A stretch of 64,000 nucleotides of DNA. It comes from Perna viridis. Taxonomy: Eukaryota. Both the position numbers and the translations under genes were made by a program. Numbering within the stretch: position 1 is the stretch's first letter; each line of letters begins with the position of its first letter. This document shows positions 39,931 through 54,628 of the stretch, piece after piece. The notes beneath the pieces are model-generated. The model saw nothing but the letters and a program-made list of their open reading frames with translations. It ran no database searches and was not told the DNA's origin. The stretch spans positions 18,476,001-18,540,000 of the forward strand of contig CM074515.1 in assembly GCA_037379345.1 (NCBI GenBank). Direction: 5' to 3'.

Positions 39931-39935
39931 TAACT

Positions 39936-40232
39936 TTTTAGCTCACCTGGGCGAAGGCAATGTGAGTTATTGCCATCACTTGGCGTCCATCGTCGTCCGT
40001 CGTCGTCGTTAACAATTTTTCAAAATTTTTCTCCTCTGACACTACTTGACCAATTGGAGCCAAACTTAGAATGAATCTTTCTTGGGGTATCCTGCATAGA
40101 ACAGATGTGGTGATGTCGTAAAATATGGCCGCCGTTACTAAAAATATAACATAGGGGGTCAGACAGTAGTTTTTCGCTTATATCTCCAAAACCATTAGGT
40201 TTAACTGAAATTTGACAGTGGTTAAAAATTTT
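39936..40232 (+). mobile_element. truncated HINE copy
   Basis: TTTTTAGCTCACCTGG...GTGAGTTATTGCCATCACTTGGCGTCC(GTC)n, colinear with 11113-11400. Confidence 0.85.
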
Positions 40233-40358
40233 AGTCTTTGTGTGGACTGTACAAGAGGATCTAGTATCTCACGAGACAGCAGTGGAGTTATGTTGTGTAG
40301 TTTAGTGTGATTTTAATGACTTATTCACTGCTAAGGAAAACAGACAATGATGTGGTGA

Positions 40359-40362
<4 letters not shown>

Positions 40363-40422
<60 letters not shown>
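40363..40422. repeat. (TA)n microsatellite
   Basis: ~30 TA units. Confidence 0.97.
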
Positions 40423-40424
<2 letters not shown>

Positions 40425-42735
40425 TGAGATTCTTAAACAAGCTTGACTTTAAATATTCTATAAAATAAATCGTAACTCCTAATCCCTTAATTTACCCCAA
40501 TATAAAAAGTATAAATGTGTTCAATTATTTCATAATGGCACAGATAGACAGGCCATAGTGTGAGATACTCTTAGCAAAAGATTTTATAATGTCGAAACCG
40601 TCTCTGATTTCTGGGAAAACGCCTTGTAAAGTCACAAGACTTTTTGTTATCTCTTGTCTTTATTTGCAGTTATGTTAGTACAATATTCATAACATCCTTA
40701 TTCTACATAACATGAAGTTTAAAATATCATTAAAGCATCTTGTTTTTTGGATACAAGATTTTTGACGAAGAATGTTATAGGTTTATTTTTTTTGCTAACA
40801 ATTCGCGCCTTTTCAATTTATAAGGTATAATATATTCAATAACAGAAACGGAAACACTTTAACATCTTTAACGGAAATTAAAAAAAAAGAGTTCAATAAG
40901 AGAGTTATATCAAGAAACAAAAATAGATTACTGTTAATAATAGATATAAGCTGACTGGAAAACGATAAATGCTACCAATTCACCTCTACTTTCACAAGCA
41001 TTGTATTTATTTATAAAACATGTATCTGTAGTACATATGAAGTACAATGTACAGCCAATTATCACCCTGGGTAAATAATGGACTAATACACGGAACATTA
41101 ATAGTAGCATATTATGCATATTATAGCAAGCACTATATTCAATGAAGTTTTTATTTATTAAACATATTTACATGACGTAACAGTTTGTCTAAACAGATCT
41201 TCAAAAATAACATATACGCATGAAAAAAACATTAAGCAATATCAGACAGGGATTCTATGACAAAGCTAGTACTCCCAGTGATGTAGGAGCTGTAACGTGA
41301 CACTTTCTAAAGCACCGAAAGTTGATGAACATATTTTGTTCTTAAATCATTTTGCGGGCGCCGCTGGCGGAGAATGACATGCTTACCCTTCCGGAGCACC
41401 TAATGTCCCTCCCGGTTTTTTGTTGGAGTTCATATTGCTAGTACTTTAGTTTCTTTTTTCTATGTTTCATCTTGTTTCCCTTATCTTCAGTTCAGTTTTT
41501 ATGTGTAATCATTTTTATTCGGTTCACTACATTGTGTATGTATATTGCACCTTTTATTTTTTGGGGGATTTTGCCGTATTTGAATTTTTTGACTGCTGAC
41601 ACTTCGGTATTTGTTGCAGATATTTTGTAAATAAATTTGCCGTATAACACAATTATTTTTAAGAAAAAATCAGATATCGTATCATCAATTAAAATGCGTT
41701 TGTCATTTGTTATTAGTAAAATTGGTGTATAAATAATTTATCTTTCCCATTGTCATATTAATAAACGATAAAAGAAACAGTCTGTTAGATATGTCAATAA
41801 ACTTCCAACATTTAAAACACATTAAACAATGAAATCTGTCTAACCAAAACTTTTTTTGGACTTTATAGAATTGGTACTTTTAAGATAAGTGTTTGGTTTA
41901 CCAGAATTAGAAGTACCAAGCGCGAAGCAGTGGCAGACGTTCGTTTTTTTCTCTTACTAACCGCTGCAGATAGGCCTTTTGAAATTCTCGGGTGCTATTC
42001 AAATCATACGTCGTTTGACAATCGGGTAACGTCGCGTAAAATCCTTCACTTTTTCCCGACTTTCCAAGATTCTTGTATTTTCTGAGAGGGCTGGCCTCAG
42101 TGTCTATAGTGAATTTTGAACGTCAGACGCTCTTTCGGAGCTTGTAGAAATATATTCAAATTGATACAAATATACTTTACAGAAGTATGGTTAAGACAGG
42201 TATTACGAATATTCAGGATTCGAATTTCACTGGTTCCAGAAAGGATAACAAATACACAAATACAGAGATAATAAGCAAAACTATGCACGGTTTCTTGTAA
42301 AAAGTTCATCGCGGTTATATGAGACAGAGAAAAGAAATCAATCCCGCTTTCCACCTATGTCAACCCACATCGCACAACACTCTCATTTTCCCACAGCTAA
42401 ATTTCATTTCTTATCATGATATCAATTATCGTTGCTTGGTATATGTGCACCTGATCCATGCTCCCAGTTTGTAGTTGAGTCCGGATTGCTCATTTTAGTT
42501 TGTATTATTTTGATTATTTCAATGTTCTTTGTTTTGTGTATCCGGAGTTTTCCCTGGATTGTGTTCTTTTTTTTATTACCGTTCGAACCATGGTTCTCTT
42601 GATATCCCTTTTGTTACTATATATGTATTAGTTTGGTAGTCATGTAAGCCATTTATTCGTCAAAACGTCACTACATTAATACTATGTAGTTTAATAAAGG
42701 AACTACACAAGGGCCATCCCACATATATAACATTG

Positions 42736-42893
42736 ACCGAGATCAAGTAAGTTGGATATTCGATGTTCGATATTCGACATTCAAATTTTTCAATATTAAA
42801 CGGTAAAATTTTACCGTCTGATATTCAGTTTGATATTCAAAAGTTCGAATGTCGAATATCGAACATCGAATATCCAACGTACATGATCTCGGT
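42736..42893. mobile_element. short palindromic MITE
   Basis: ACCGAGATCAAGTAAGTTGGATATTCGATGTTCGATATTCGACATTC / GAATGTCGAATATCGAACATCGAATATCCAACGTACATGATCTCGGT. Confidence 0.8.
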
Positions 42894-43765
42894 ATAACTA
42901 GGACGAAATCATAATTTATCATAAATCGGTGTTATTTTACTTTTTTCACCCCACGAAAGACGACAAATCTTATCTTATTTCAGTAAGCAGGATTACTAAT
43001 ATCATGCTTTTTATGTATATTACGGATAATAACAAAATTAGCGAATAGATAAAATCAAGGCAGTAGTAAAAAGGAATAGTCCAAAGTCCGTATAACAGCC
43101 ACATCCATCAATACAAGTGAAAAATTTTACAGGATTGCATTATATATACAGTCTGACTTTTATGTAAATGAGATACAATGCTAATGTAATAAACATGTTA
43201 CATTAAGCATAGTAATCTCGGTCAAACAAAAATAATTCATAGAAGCGAAAAGAAGAAAGATAAAAGCCATTTCCATTGACGCCAAGTAGAAATGTTTAAT
43301 GATTACCGCTTGTTATGGCTAACACGCTCAGTTAAACATCGTTTTTCAAAGAAGTTCATCATAATTTTATGGTAACATATTAAAAATACTGTAATTAGGA
43401 GTCTGAGTCAATTGTTTTATTGTTTTTCTTTAAAGAAAATTACCGACTAAAATAGAAGATGGAAGTGTGAAAGTCATTAATAACAGATGAAAAAACATAA
43501 TATGTATCCGAAACAAATAATTCCGTACTAAAACTTATTACTCTAAATTCACAAAAGGACCCTGATGTAATATTTGCTAAAAGTTCCGGTACAGTATTAA
43601 GTAACTATGATACCCCAGCTGCTCTAGAGTCCTAAAAAGCACAATATATCTTTTTTACTGGTGTGATATCATGCAACATTGACTTTTCATGCCATGTCAA
43701 ACCCGTGAAACAAGTTTTGAAGATCTTGTGTGATAAACAAGAGCTAAATCAGTGAAGTCAACCGC

Positions 43766-43926
43766 CAGTTGTGGATCTAGGTAGGGGATTCCAGGGGGTT
43801 CCAGGGGTCGGAAACCCTTTTTAGGGTTTTAAGAAAAACTGTGCAAAATTAGGGTAAAATGAACCAAGAACCCCCTTTTTGGAATCCTTTTGGAACCCCC
43901 TGTTACAGTTTCTGGATATGTTCTTG
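43766..43926. mobile_element. short GC-rich MITE (CAG.GG.GGATC...GGAT type)
   Basis: CAGTTGTGGATCTAG ... GGGGGTTCC / GGAACCCCC ... CTGGAT; related pieces at 6836-6880 and 7450-7565. Confidence 0.55.
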
Positions 43927-44639
43927 ACAGAAAAGGTAAACACTTTGTAGTTCTCTGTTAGCTTATTATTGAAATGCATTGTAAATCCATTTTAGACTGA
44001 GATGTGGGCTGCAATCAACTTTTAATGTACTTCTTTCATATGTTCACATATATATTGATGGAACAATTGTAGGATATCTGACTATGAATGTCATAGTCCA
44101 AGTATCACTTTTACGAATTAATGTATTGTTTCTCGTGTTAGTCCTTAAAGTTTAACATTTCATTAACATAAACAAAACATAAAAATATAGACATTAATAT
44201 TTTCATATGGTATGATTTGTATATCTATCGCTGACACTGAAATGATCACAGCTTCATAGAATACCATACCTCCGGTAGCAAACTGCGTAGATTTATCCTA
44301 AGATCTTGGAACAAAGAGTACGACATTCTTTTAGCTATGTTTTAATCCTTTTTTATGAACATTTTAAGCAAGCTACTTTAATTAAACTATGAAGATCATC
44401 ATGTGTCATCCACCCTCATATCTATCTATCTACACATCAAATTCTTGTTTAACGAATTTTAAATGTTTTGACCATGTAGTTACAGGAAATATGGGGCGGA
44501 TTTGATCTTTTTGTGAGTTTTCCTTAAAGGTTTTGTTCTCTTAGTATATGCATAAAACAATAATATACCGTATATTGTCATAAAACATATGTATACTTTG
44601 TATTGTCATTAAACATACGTATACTGTGTATTGTCATAA

Positions 44640-47600
44640 AAGATATGTATACTGTGTATTTTCATGTAACATATGTATACTGTGTATTGTTATCTGCGTA
44701 AAATAATGGTAATAGGCCTAACAAGTTCAATTTAAAAAATGTAATTGAGGAAAGAAAAAGAAAGTCACAAGGAAATTGTATTTTTTTCACGTTGGAGTAT
44801 TCTTAAGGTAATTAGAAAATAATCTGTTACATATCCTATTAAAATTATTCAAGGATTAATTTAATGATATATACTTTTTAAATTCATTCTTCAAAATTAA
44901 GGACACATGAAATAGTTACATCCTATAAAAGCTGACATTTTTTATTACAAAACATTAAGTCTTTAGAATAAGATTTACTTAAATTTGAATAAATCCGTAC
45001 CTTTAAGCTGGTTGTTCACATTAACGTTGTACGACACCTTTTCATATACACAATGGCAATAACATTAACAGGTTCATCAATCGTCAAAATTAGAAAATTA
45101 GTCCTAGTAGGCTATCTTGTGATATAGTTGGATGGACTCTGACGCTTTTTTATTTATCAGTGATATTTAAACAACAAACGCTATCTAATGAGCAGACAAA
45201 AAGTGTGCAACGAAAACAATGTGATAAACAGTGTGCAACGAAAGCATTTACAAAATTTTAAAAAATGAGTTATATTTATACCGCAAATATGTTTTTGGTA
45301 TACATTACGAGAAACCTCTCATTAGCAGCATTGAAATCAAATACATATGATGACACAAATCCAAAATGTTAATTGTATACAAGAAGTATTCGAGATAAAA
45401 AAAAATATCGAAATAAAAGGCATTACTAAGCACCAAGGGGACTAAGCATTGGTGTTTCAGTGATAAAAAAATTTACTCAATATATTTGCATAAGAAACTT
45501 TATTTAGTATATATGGCGAAGTGAAATCAAGGGAACCAGTATAACAATATTAATAAAAAAAAATTAAAATCCAGGGACAAAGACTAAACCAATAAAAAGA
45601 TACATATAACAGAGAACATGAGATCAACATAAAAAGATATGCAGATAGAAACAAAATAAATGAGAAATCAGAATTCCTTAAAAATTTGGAGCATGGACTG
45701 GATGCACCGGTAGGGTAAACATACCAAAAGTATCAATGTACCTTGCATGATAGACAATTACGGAGAATAATTCAAGGTTGTAGAGCATGAAAGCATATGA
45801 AATTAAGTACACAATGGTAAAGCCCTTGCACAGTAAAGGAAGATCAAAAGAGATAAATAGGGTCAAAATTCATTTCAGACATGTTTCTCTTAAAGGAATC
45901 AATCTTTTTACTCAAGGTAAAACTTTATCGACAAAAACCGATTGATTGAATAAATGTACCACTGACCTAATGAAAAGTCAAATATAACGGACGTAAAAAG
46001 TATAACAACATATAAAACACACTATAACAAGCTAGGGACGCTAGATAATCAATTCTGCTAATCTGTGTAGAATGGGAAAAAAGTTAATTGTTTCAAAAGA
46101 GTAATGAAGCCCCCCCACCCCCCCCCTCGCGATTCAAGATTCAAATAAACAAACTATAACAAGCTAGGGACGTTAGATAATAAATTCTGCTAATCTGTAT
46201 AATGATGAAAAGTTAGTTGTTTAAAAAAACTAATCAATGGAACCAAGATTCAAAGGAATGCTATAAGAGAAGAATACAATGCATACGTATATGATACTTA
46301 CCCGTTTGCTGTTTAATATACTAGAATTAATTGAACTTTAACTTGTGTGATTTATTGTTTTGATACACAAACAATTTCTTAATAAATGATTTTGCTGGTG
46401 TATGATTTGTAATGACATTAATGCACGTCATGCATACTATGGTAACAACTTGCATTTACAGTACACAGCATGATGTAGGTTATTTTTGTAATAGAAAAAG
46501 AAAACATTTATCATTATGTCAACTGTGTATTATCACAAAAACATATGTATAATGTGTAGTGTCATTTGCGTAAAATAATGATAATAGGACTAACTAGTTC
46601 CAAATCGATTAAAAATGAATCAATTTAAAAGAAATTATTGTGGGAAAAAAATCACAAAGAAATTGTAATTTTCACGTTGGAGCAATCTTAAGGTAATTGG
46701 GGAAAACATATGTTACATATGGTAATCAAAGGACTCCAGCATTAATTTAATGATATATGCTACATGTATTTCATTTCATTCGTCAAAATTAAGAACACAT
46801 AAAGTATTTCCATCATATACAAGCTGACCTTTTTTTTGTAACAAAACATTAATTAAATCGTTAGAATAAAATTTACTTAAATTTGAATAAATCCGTACCT
46901 TTAGCTGACTGTTCACATTAATGGCGAATGACATATTTTCATATACACAACGGCATAATATCAACAGGTTCATAACTCGTCAAAATTAGAAAGTTAGTCA
47001 TAGTAGATTATCTTGTGATTAAAGTTTGATGCAATTTGATTTTTTATTTATCAGTGATATTTAAACAACGAAAAGTATCTAGTGAGCTGATAAAAGGTGT
47101 GCAACGAAAAATATCTGAAAAACAATGTGCAACGAAAAATATCTGATAAACAATGTACAACGAAAGCATTTAAAATATTTTTAAACTGCCGATCATATTT
47201 ATACTGCAAATATTTATTTGGTATACTTTACGAGTATCCTCTCATCAGCAGCATTAGAACCAAATACATAGGAAGAGCCAACCCCCCCCCTAAAAAAAAA
47301 ACAAAAAAAAAACCAAAAAAAAAAATTATTGTATTTAAGAAATACTCGACAAAAATAAAAAGATACACGCAAAAGAGAACATGAAAATAACTTAAAATGA
47401 TATGCAGATAGAAACAAAATAAATGAGCAAACCAGACTTCACTAAAAATTGGGAGCACGGACTAGATGCACCGGTAGGGTAAGCATAGCAAAAGTAGCAA
47501 CCCCCCTTGTATGATAGACAATTAGACGATTACGAGTTTAATGCAAGGTTGTAGAAGATGAAAGTACATGAAATTAAGTACACAATGATGAAGACCTTGC

Positions 47601-48160
47601 AGAGAAAAGGAAGACCAAATGAGGTAAATATGTGTCAACATTTGTATTAGACATGTATCTCTTCAATGAAGCAACATTTTTATCCATGGTAAAAACTTTT
47701 ATCATAAAAACCAATAGATGGAATAAATGTACTACTGAGCTAATGAAAAGTCAAATATAACGGAAGTAAAAAGTATAACAACATATAAAACAAACTATAA
47801 CAAGCTAGGGACGCTAGATAATAAATTCTGCTAATCTGTATAGAATGATGAAAAAAGTTAATTGTTTCAAAAGAGTAATGAAGCCCCCCCCCCCTCGCGA
47901 TTCAAGATTCAAATAAATGCAATCAGTGAAGAATATAGATATATCATACTAAGTCTTATAAACTAGAATTCATTGAATTTTAAAATATTCTTATTGGTTG
48001 TTTTGTTGCACAAACATTTTCTCAATAAATGATTTTGTTGGTAGGCGATTTGCAATAGCATCAATGCAGGTCGTGCACAGTATGAAACAATTTACATATA
48101 GTGTGCACATCGTGATGCAGGTTATTTTTTTACAGAAAGAAAAATATAACTGTCATTCCT
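44640..48160 (+). repeat. diverged tandem duplication, units ~44640-46520 and ~46520-48160
   Basis: Colinear anchors, e.g. TGCGTAAAATAATG (44695/46567), AATAAATCCGTACCTT (44988/46886) and CGCGATTCAAGATTCAAATAAA (46127/47896 region). Confidence 0.9.
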
Positions 48161-48399
48161 TATATACACGTAACTGTACAAATCAGATGATATTGATACA
48201 GGATGAATTTTGATGTAGAATCTAGAAAGCACGACAAATTGTAAACTACAACAATTTGTGCACTTCAACATGTAAAATTGAGTTTACTAGAAAGCTAGTT
48301 TTTGTTAAAGATATCCACTAATAACTGCTTTCTTTAGTCTTGTTTTTCTGATCTCCAATCAGTCCTATCATTCTATAAGCATTAGAAAACATCAGTAAA

Positions 48400-49520
48400 C
48401 ACTTGTTGATATCTGAAAAATTACTATCAACACCAATACCCACTTACTCTTATCTAAAAGAAGTTTTGTCAAATCCAATATCCACGACGATAACCATACT
48501 TACCTGTGCAGATAATGATTCTAATCAATTTCAATACTCATGAAGATTATCGCCATAATTTGTACAAATGACGATCTCTATTAACTCCAGTACCAGTGCA
48601 AAATAGTATTACTTGTACCTGTGATGATTCCTATCAACTCCAATACCCAAAAAGATAATCTTTCTTACTTGTTCCAGTGATGATTCCGATCTACTCAAAT
48701 ACCCATGACAATAATTGTTATAACTAGTACAAATGACGGTTTCTATTACCTCCATTCCTCATAAAAATAAACGTTATAACTATACTCGGCGCCACATAAA
48801 TAACATACTGTTAAAATTTGAATAAAAATATTTTCTGCGACTTTATCGACACCCATCGTCGTTTAAATTGTCTTAAATGACTTGTTAATTCGTTTAGCCA
48901 AACGGCTTAACCCTAAACATTGAATCGTTAAATTCAGGTCAGATTTTAATTCTCGGTGCCAATATTTACATTGTAAAAAGTTGGCCATCTTTACAGTGAT
49001 CGGGTTGCAAGGAGATGTTGGTTACGTTTAAATGGTTTGTCCAAAAACCGAAGAACCCAGAATGCATTTCGGCTTATTTCGGATATCTCGGATTAATTTT
49101 ACGCGAACATCGTACAATACCGAGAAGTTGATCAAGCAGCCGATTGTCACCGGAGTTAGACGGGAATTTACGAACTTCGTTTGTAAACAAATCGTCCCGT
49201 AGAAACCAACATGGCGGATATTTGTATGGAATTTTCCCCGTAAGAATTTGTTACGCATGAGTTAGGCTAATAAGCGACTTGTTTAGGGAGAAACCGTTTG
49301 GCTAAACGAATGAGCAAGTCATTTAAGACAATTTAAACGACGGTAGGTGTCAATAAAGTCGAAATAAAGTAGAAAATATTTTTATTCAAATTTTAACAGT
49401 ATATTATTTATGTGACGCCGAGTATAGTACAAGTGACAATTTCTATCAACTCCAATCATCAACATTTTTATCCAATTATCGCCCTTAACAGTTCCATTAC
49501 CCACGATGACAACCACTACT
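48400..49520 (+). repeat. degenerate ~60-bp minisatellite, interrupted by a MITE
   Basis: Recurring CTATCAACTCCAATACCCA...GTACAAATGACGAT units. Confidence 0.7.
48783..49424. mobile_element. Tc1/mariner-type MITE with ~130-bp TIRs and TA TSD
   Basis: TA|TACTCGGCG ... CGCCGAGTA|TA. The neighbouring repeat unit (48721 TAACTAGTACAAATGAC) shows the empty site. Confidence 0.88.
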
Positions 49521-51599
49521 TTAAAAGTATTATTTTTTGCGGTGTACATTTTTTGCTGTTTTCGCAAAAGACATATTAGGGCAAAATAAGTACAAGAAAA
49601 ATTGATTTTGAATCCTTTATTAATGCTAACTACTTTATTTCGAAACTGCGAAAATTGATACCCGGGAGTGTGCTAACTTGGCAAATTCACGAAAATTAAT
49701 AAGTTTATATTATAATCTTCTAAAATAACAGCTTCAACCATCTTCGTTAAGCGTTGTCACATGTACAAATTCCTACGACCACCACCATTAATTATTTCCA
49801 TATATCATGAATAGAAACGATGATTTCAATTATAACCACTACCGACGACGGTTATATATCACCACCATTATCAACGACTGTTTTTCATTACCTTTTTTCA
49901 AATGTTCTACTTTGATAGATAAATGCAAGTGGACAATAAAACCACCTTACTTTCCATAGAGATTTGAATGACTTTCCATTTTGATATCGTCAGTTTCAAA
50001 ATTGAAAGTAACTATATTTTGTTTATCAGTAAACTAATTATTGCATTTCAGTCGTATTAATGTACATTTAGTTTTTAGATTACTTTCTCAACTACACAAT
50101 ATTAATAATTGACGTCATTTTCATTCCAAAATCTGAAAATCTGACGATGACGTCACATTCAGTCCAATGTTTCGACGCGAGATAGAATATCTATTAACAC
50201 GATCAAAGCAAAAAAAAAAAAAAAAGATATATCGGTAAATGGCATATGGCGTTCGAACTCAATCTTGCTGCTGCAGATAGTCCTCACGGATATGCTAGAA
50301 TTTTAAAAAATCGGGAGAAATTTCAATGGTTAATTTGGTGAAACGACGTTTGAAGAGAACACTTATACTATATATATATGTAACATACTGAATATTACGA
50401 TCGGGAACCAGTTTAGTAGGAGAGGAAATCAACGTCTGCCACTACGAGGAGTTAGGAATGATTTGTCACATGCTCACGAGATTTGTAATTTTACCTATTC
50501 CGTTATATGATCAATTCAAACCAGTCCAAGACAAAGAATAATTGTTTAACAGATCTAGATGAAATCGAACGAAAACAGCTACTCTGGTATGTTTCCACTC
50601 GTAATCTTTTAATCAAATCAAGAATGGTTCAATTTGTAAAGATTTGATGTCAACTAAATAGGAAATCAGCAGCTAAGAAAGTCTACTGCTTAATCAAAAG
50701 TGTCAAACCTTGGTCCTATAGTTTAGTTTCTCTAATGTTTTCCGTCAGTATGACATTTTTAACATTATTCTACTTATCATAAAAGAACATGCGAACTTTA
50801 GACATTAATGTCAGTTACTTATTTAATATTTTTTCCTACAAACTAATTTAAGAATTGAAACTATTTCTTATAAAATATTTTTAAAATATTTTAAATTTTA
50901 ATTATTAAGGTAGTATGCCCTTTGTATGCCATTGTTCAGTAGTCTTGTTCCATAGCTAAATGTCCCTTTTAATGTTTGAAAAAAGTGTTCACGATACAAT
51001 TGGAATATATTCGTCAGTTGCATTGGAAAATAAAACAAACTGGTTTTCCAGAAGGGTATTTAGCACATTTGCTTTTGATTGCATCGAGCTACTTGAAAAC
51101 TGATATTTTCGATTTAAATCAATGACATGGTTTATAAACTGTAATAAGTTAGTACTAGGATGGGAACAAGTACAGTTAAATTAATCGGATACTCGTTTGC
51201 CTTTTAAATATCTTAATAAAGTTTCCTTCAATTTAGTACCTTTTGCAATGCCTAATTGATATCTATTTCCAACGTAAATTCAGTACACGCAACTGATAAC
51301 AGACCTGTTTTGTAATATCAAAATTACTAACGCAAAGGGAATGGAAGATACAGATTGTCTTTCAAGTCAGACTTTATTAACTTATTAATCTGTTTGCATG
51401 TTTCTCATTTTCTGTAATATAAAATGCGAATGTTGACAGAACATATACCAAACCATCAAAATAGAAATTCAATTCAGAGACAATTTATATCGAAGTACAT
51501 GGCTAAATATTTAAAACGGAAAACAGAACAAAAAACAAAACAACTCCAAAAATTAAAGTACTTACACTATACCCCCCCCAAAAAAAAAAACAAAAAAAA

Positions 51600-52945
51600 A
51601 AAACGAGAAGGATATCAGGTATTCTGGCACGAAATTCGTTATCTGTCTTGTTGCAAGTGGGTGAAATCAGGTAGTTCTAAAATTCGCTGGGTAATCAATA
51701 CGGAAAGACTTGAAATCTAACTGACAATATCATGTCTTATACTAGTCAATAAAATTGTAATGACGACCGTAAAACTTCTGTCATGAAGAAATTAAATAGA
51801 TAAAGGCGGTATATTCCCCATAATTAGAAATTTGAAAGTATCTTCGCTTTACATGAAAAATCCGAATTCAGATCATAGGCACGACAGGACCGTCCCAACT
51901 TTGAAATGTAACTCTATAGACTGGAGATTGCTGGTTTATTTCAAATATTAACAATTGTCATAAAGTTCGAATGTCCTGCGTATATCATCGATGTTTATGT
52001 TAAGGTCAAGGTATAATGTAGAAGAAAGTGTATCAGTTGTCTTTTTAAATGTAAATTCATTGAGTAGATAAAATGTAAGTTATCCTCGACAGAATGATTA
52101 TTCTGCGATACTTAATCATTTCTATCAATTGAGATCGAACATCAGAATTGATATAGCAGTCGCCAGAGCCGTTAGATTTGTAAAGCCTTTCTGAAATTAT
52201 CTTACACTTCCACAGGAAATAGTCCCATTGGCATACCCCATTAAGGTTCAGATGTAGATAGTCAGGTCAACTTTATAGGTATTTCTATTCTGCCACATTA
52301 AATTCTATGCTATTGACCCCAATAAACAAACCTAATAAACAACTTTTACTGCGATCTAAATATGCTGATAAAATGGTTTGTTAAAATAGCTGACCTCGAT
52401 CCTCATCAGTACCTGATTATTTCTATGCATTTTCCCGAATAAACTAATCGTTCATTTTATTATATTCAATATGTCGATATATTCAACTGTGTCGTGTATT
52501 TTATTACGGTTACTGTCTCGTGATATTGGAAGCCTGGATATGACAAATAAAAATAAAACTTTGTTTATAGACGATGGCATAAGAATTTTGAAAATGAATT
52601 TCTCAGGAATGGTGTCAGTCTGTGGTCTGGTGATATTGTTTTTTGTAATAATCATTCTATTTGGCTATTTGGCCACGTATTATAATGATATAGCTGTAGG
52701 TGCTTCAGGGCCTTAAAAGTGCACGGAGAGTGTTTTCTGCACCTGACATGTATCTAAGGACATGATTTATTTCAATAATTTCGACTTTCGAGTTTGAATG
52801 ATTTGACAGACAGTTTCGACCTTCAGATCTTTAAATTGAATTTCGACTTGAAAATTTAGAAACTGGAAAAGGTCAACCATTAGTTTGTAGTTCATTTATG
52901 TAGTGTGTTGGATATTTTCTGTTCTTTCATCTAGTATTTCCATGT
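51600..52945 (-). mobile_element. decayed Penelope-like RT element
   Basis: Minus-strand motifs in the expected order: GMPMG (52223-52237), KTTDT, YLDLNINIDD (~52013) and KFYGRH (51760-51777). Confidence 0.75.
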
Positions 52946-53569
52946 AAACCAACATCAAACCTGAATATTTGGCAAACTGGCGCACGATGCTACGGTGCAT
53001 CACGAATTTTGTTGTATGTTTATTAAATGTCCTTCGTAATCAGAATGGTGAACTTAAAAATATAAATAAAAAGTTTAATATTAATCATTTACAACAATAT
53101 GTTTGTGTTTAGATACGTTTGAATTTGATCCTCGTACTTTCTTTTTATCTGCCCTTTTATTCCATAATTTAGCAATTTAACGATTATTTAAGGCGGAAAA
53201 ATTCAAACGATCGATATCATTCAGTACATGAGAACTTTGATTATTATCTGCAACTAGAATAAACGAACTGATCTACTCGTGTCTCTTTCCACTTTAGAAA
53301 TCCTTGTAAAATCTAGTTTTATACCAATATAGAATAGATAGACCTACAGTGGTGCACACTTTGTTCCGGGTTTCTACCAGTAGGTAATTATGTGGTATGC
53401 TGCAACACTTGTCAATCTAATTCGCCCGGAAAATTCAGACTGAGAATATTTCGTTGTTAAAATCAGTGGTGTGTGTTTTTTTAAAGTAAGTCTTTTATCT
53501 ACACAATACTAAATGATCTTCGGGTCCCCTGTTCTGCATAGAAATTTTGATGAATAAGATTACGAAAAC

Positions 53570-53960
53570 TGACTGTCATGTGTAGTATTATAAGGTCATG
53601 CCCCAAGGGTCATTCATACAAAGTTTGGTTTAAGTTGGTTCGGTAGTGTCAGAGAAGAAGATTTTTATTAGAAAAAAACGCTTAAAATAGCGAAAAAACG
53701 TTGAAAAAGGACAATAACTCTAACATTGCTTAACAGATGATTTACACCAAAATTTGACTACTGATAGATATCATCATGTTTTGGAGATATATGTGAAAAA
53801 CGTATGTCTACCCCTTATTCTATTTTTAGTAACAGTTTTTTGACAGATCACCCCCATATCAGTGCTAAGCAGGATACCGTAAGAAGCATTCATACCAAGT
53901 TTAGTTTAAGACGGTCCTGTTGTTTCAGAGGGGAAGGGTTCTGACATACTGTTAACGAAC
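53570..53960 (-). mobile_element. HINE-family fragment, reverse orientation
   Basis: CATTCATACCAAGTT.. / GTAGTGTCAGAGAAGAAGATTTT are reverse complements of the internal unit of 11113-12010. Confidence 0.7.
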
Positions 53961-54628
53961 ACATGATGTTGTTTTGGGGCCAGCAGCAGTCTGCCCTGTG
54001 GTGTATGGATTTTCTTGTCATTCACTGAGCACGGTGGACTGACATATTTCACCCCTTTTGGTTGTTGTCTCTTTGAAGTATTCACCATATATCTTCTCGG
54101 TATATTTTCATGGGGTGTGGGGCAATGTTGAATGGGGTAAGGGCGATGAGGATTCGATATTAATGAGCACACATTGGTGATTAAACAATATCTACATCCA
54201 TCACACAATGTTCGAGTTTGCATTAGATAAATTTGTATAAAGAATTAATTTTGTAAAATGTATAATCTGTGTTTATTACTATTCGGGTGATATTGAAAAT
54301 GTATAGGAATGGGAATGGGGAATAAGGCACGTCAAATAGGGCAATAGGGCAATGGGGCAATGGGTTAAGAGAAGGGACAAATAAACTTACAGAAGAGCAG
54401 TACATTCACAATGCCAGGGTTTACCAATAGTTATGACGTTTTCTCTTTCGGAGTCAAAATACTTAAATACCAATGCATTTAAGATCCAGACACTACCAAT
54501 GGTACAGTTGGTTCCATGGAACAAACACTATTTTTTGGTCTTCAAATGCTATATCTTCAGGCTATCATAGTCATTTTTGTGCATGAATCTGTTTGTTGTA
54601 GTTGTACATCTTTAACTTAAATCAACCC

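Larger units (their letters stand above)
38640..41100 (+). mobile_element. decayed L1/Tx1-clade LINE split by nested insertions
   Basis: KIFQ*ADDIAL, VKALGVYF, RNLTQFGKILIIK and FIW..KPDRV motifs at 38640-39220. A plausible C-terminal continuation lies at ~40430-41100. Confidence 0.7.

Noticed and set aside
49900-50000. Additional Penelope RT scrap (DF.FDIVSF-like)
   Set aside because: Too short and degenerate to support as a feature.
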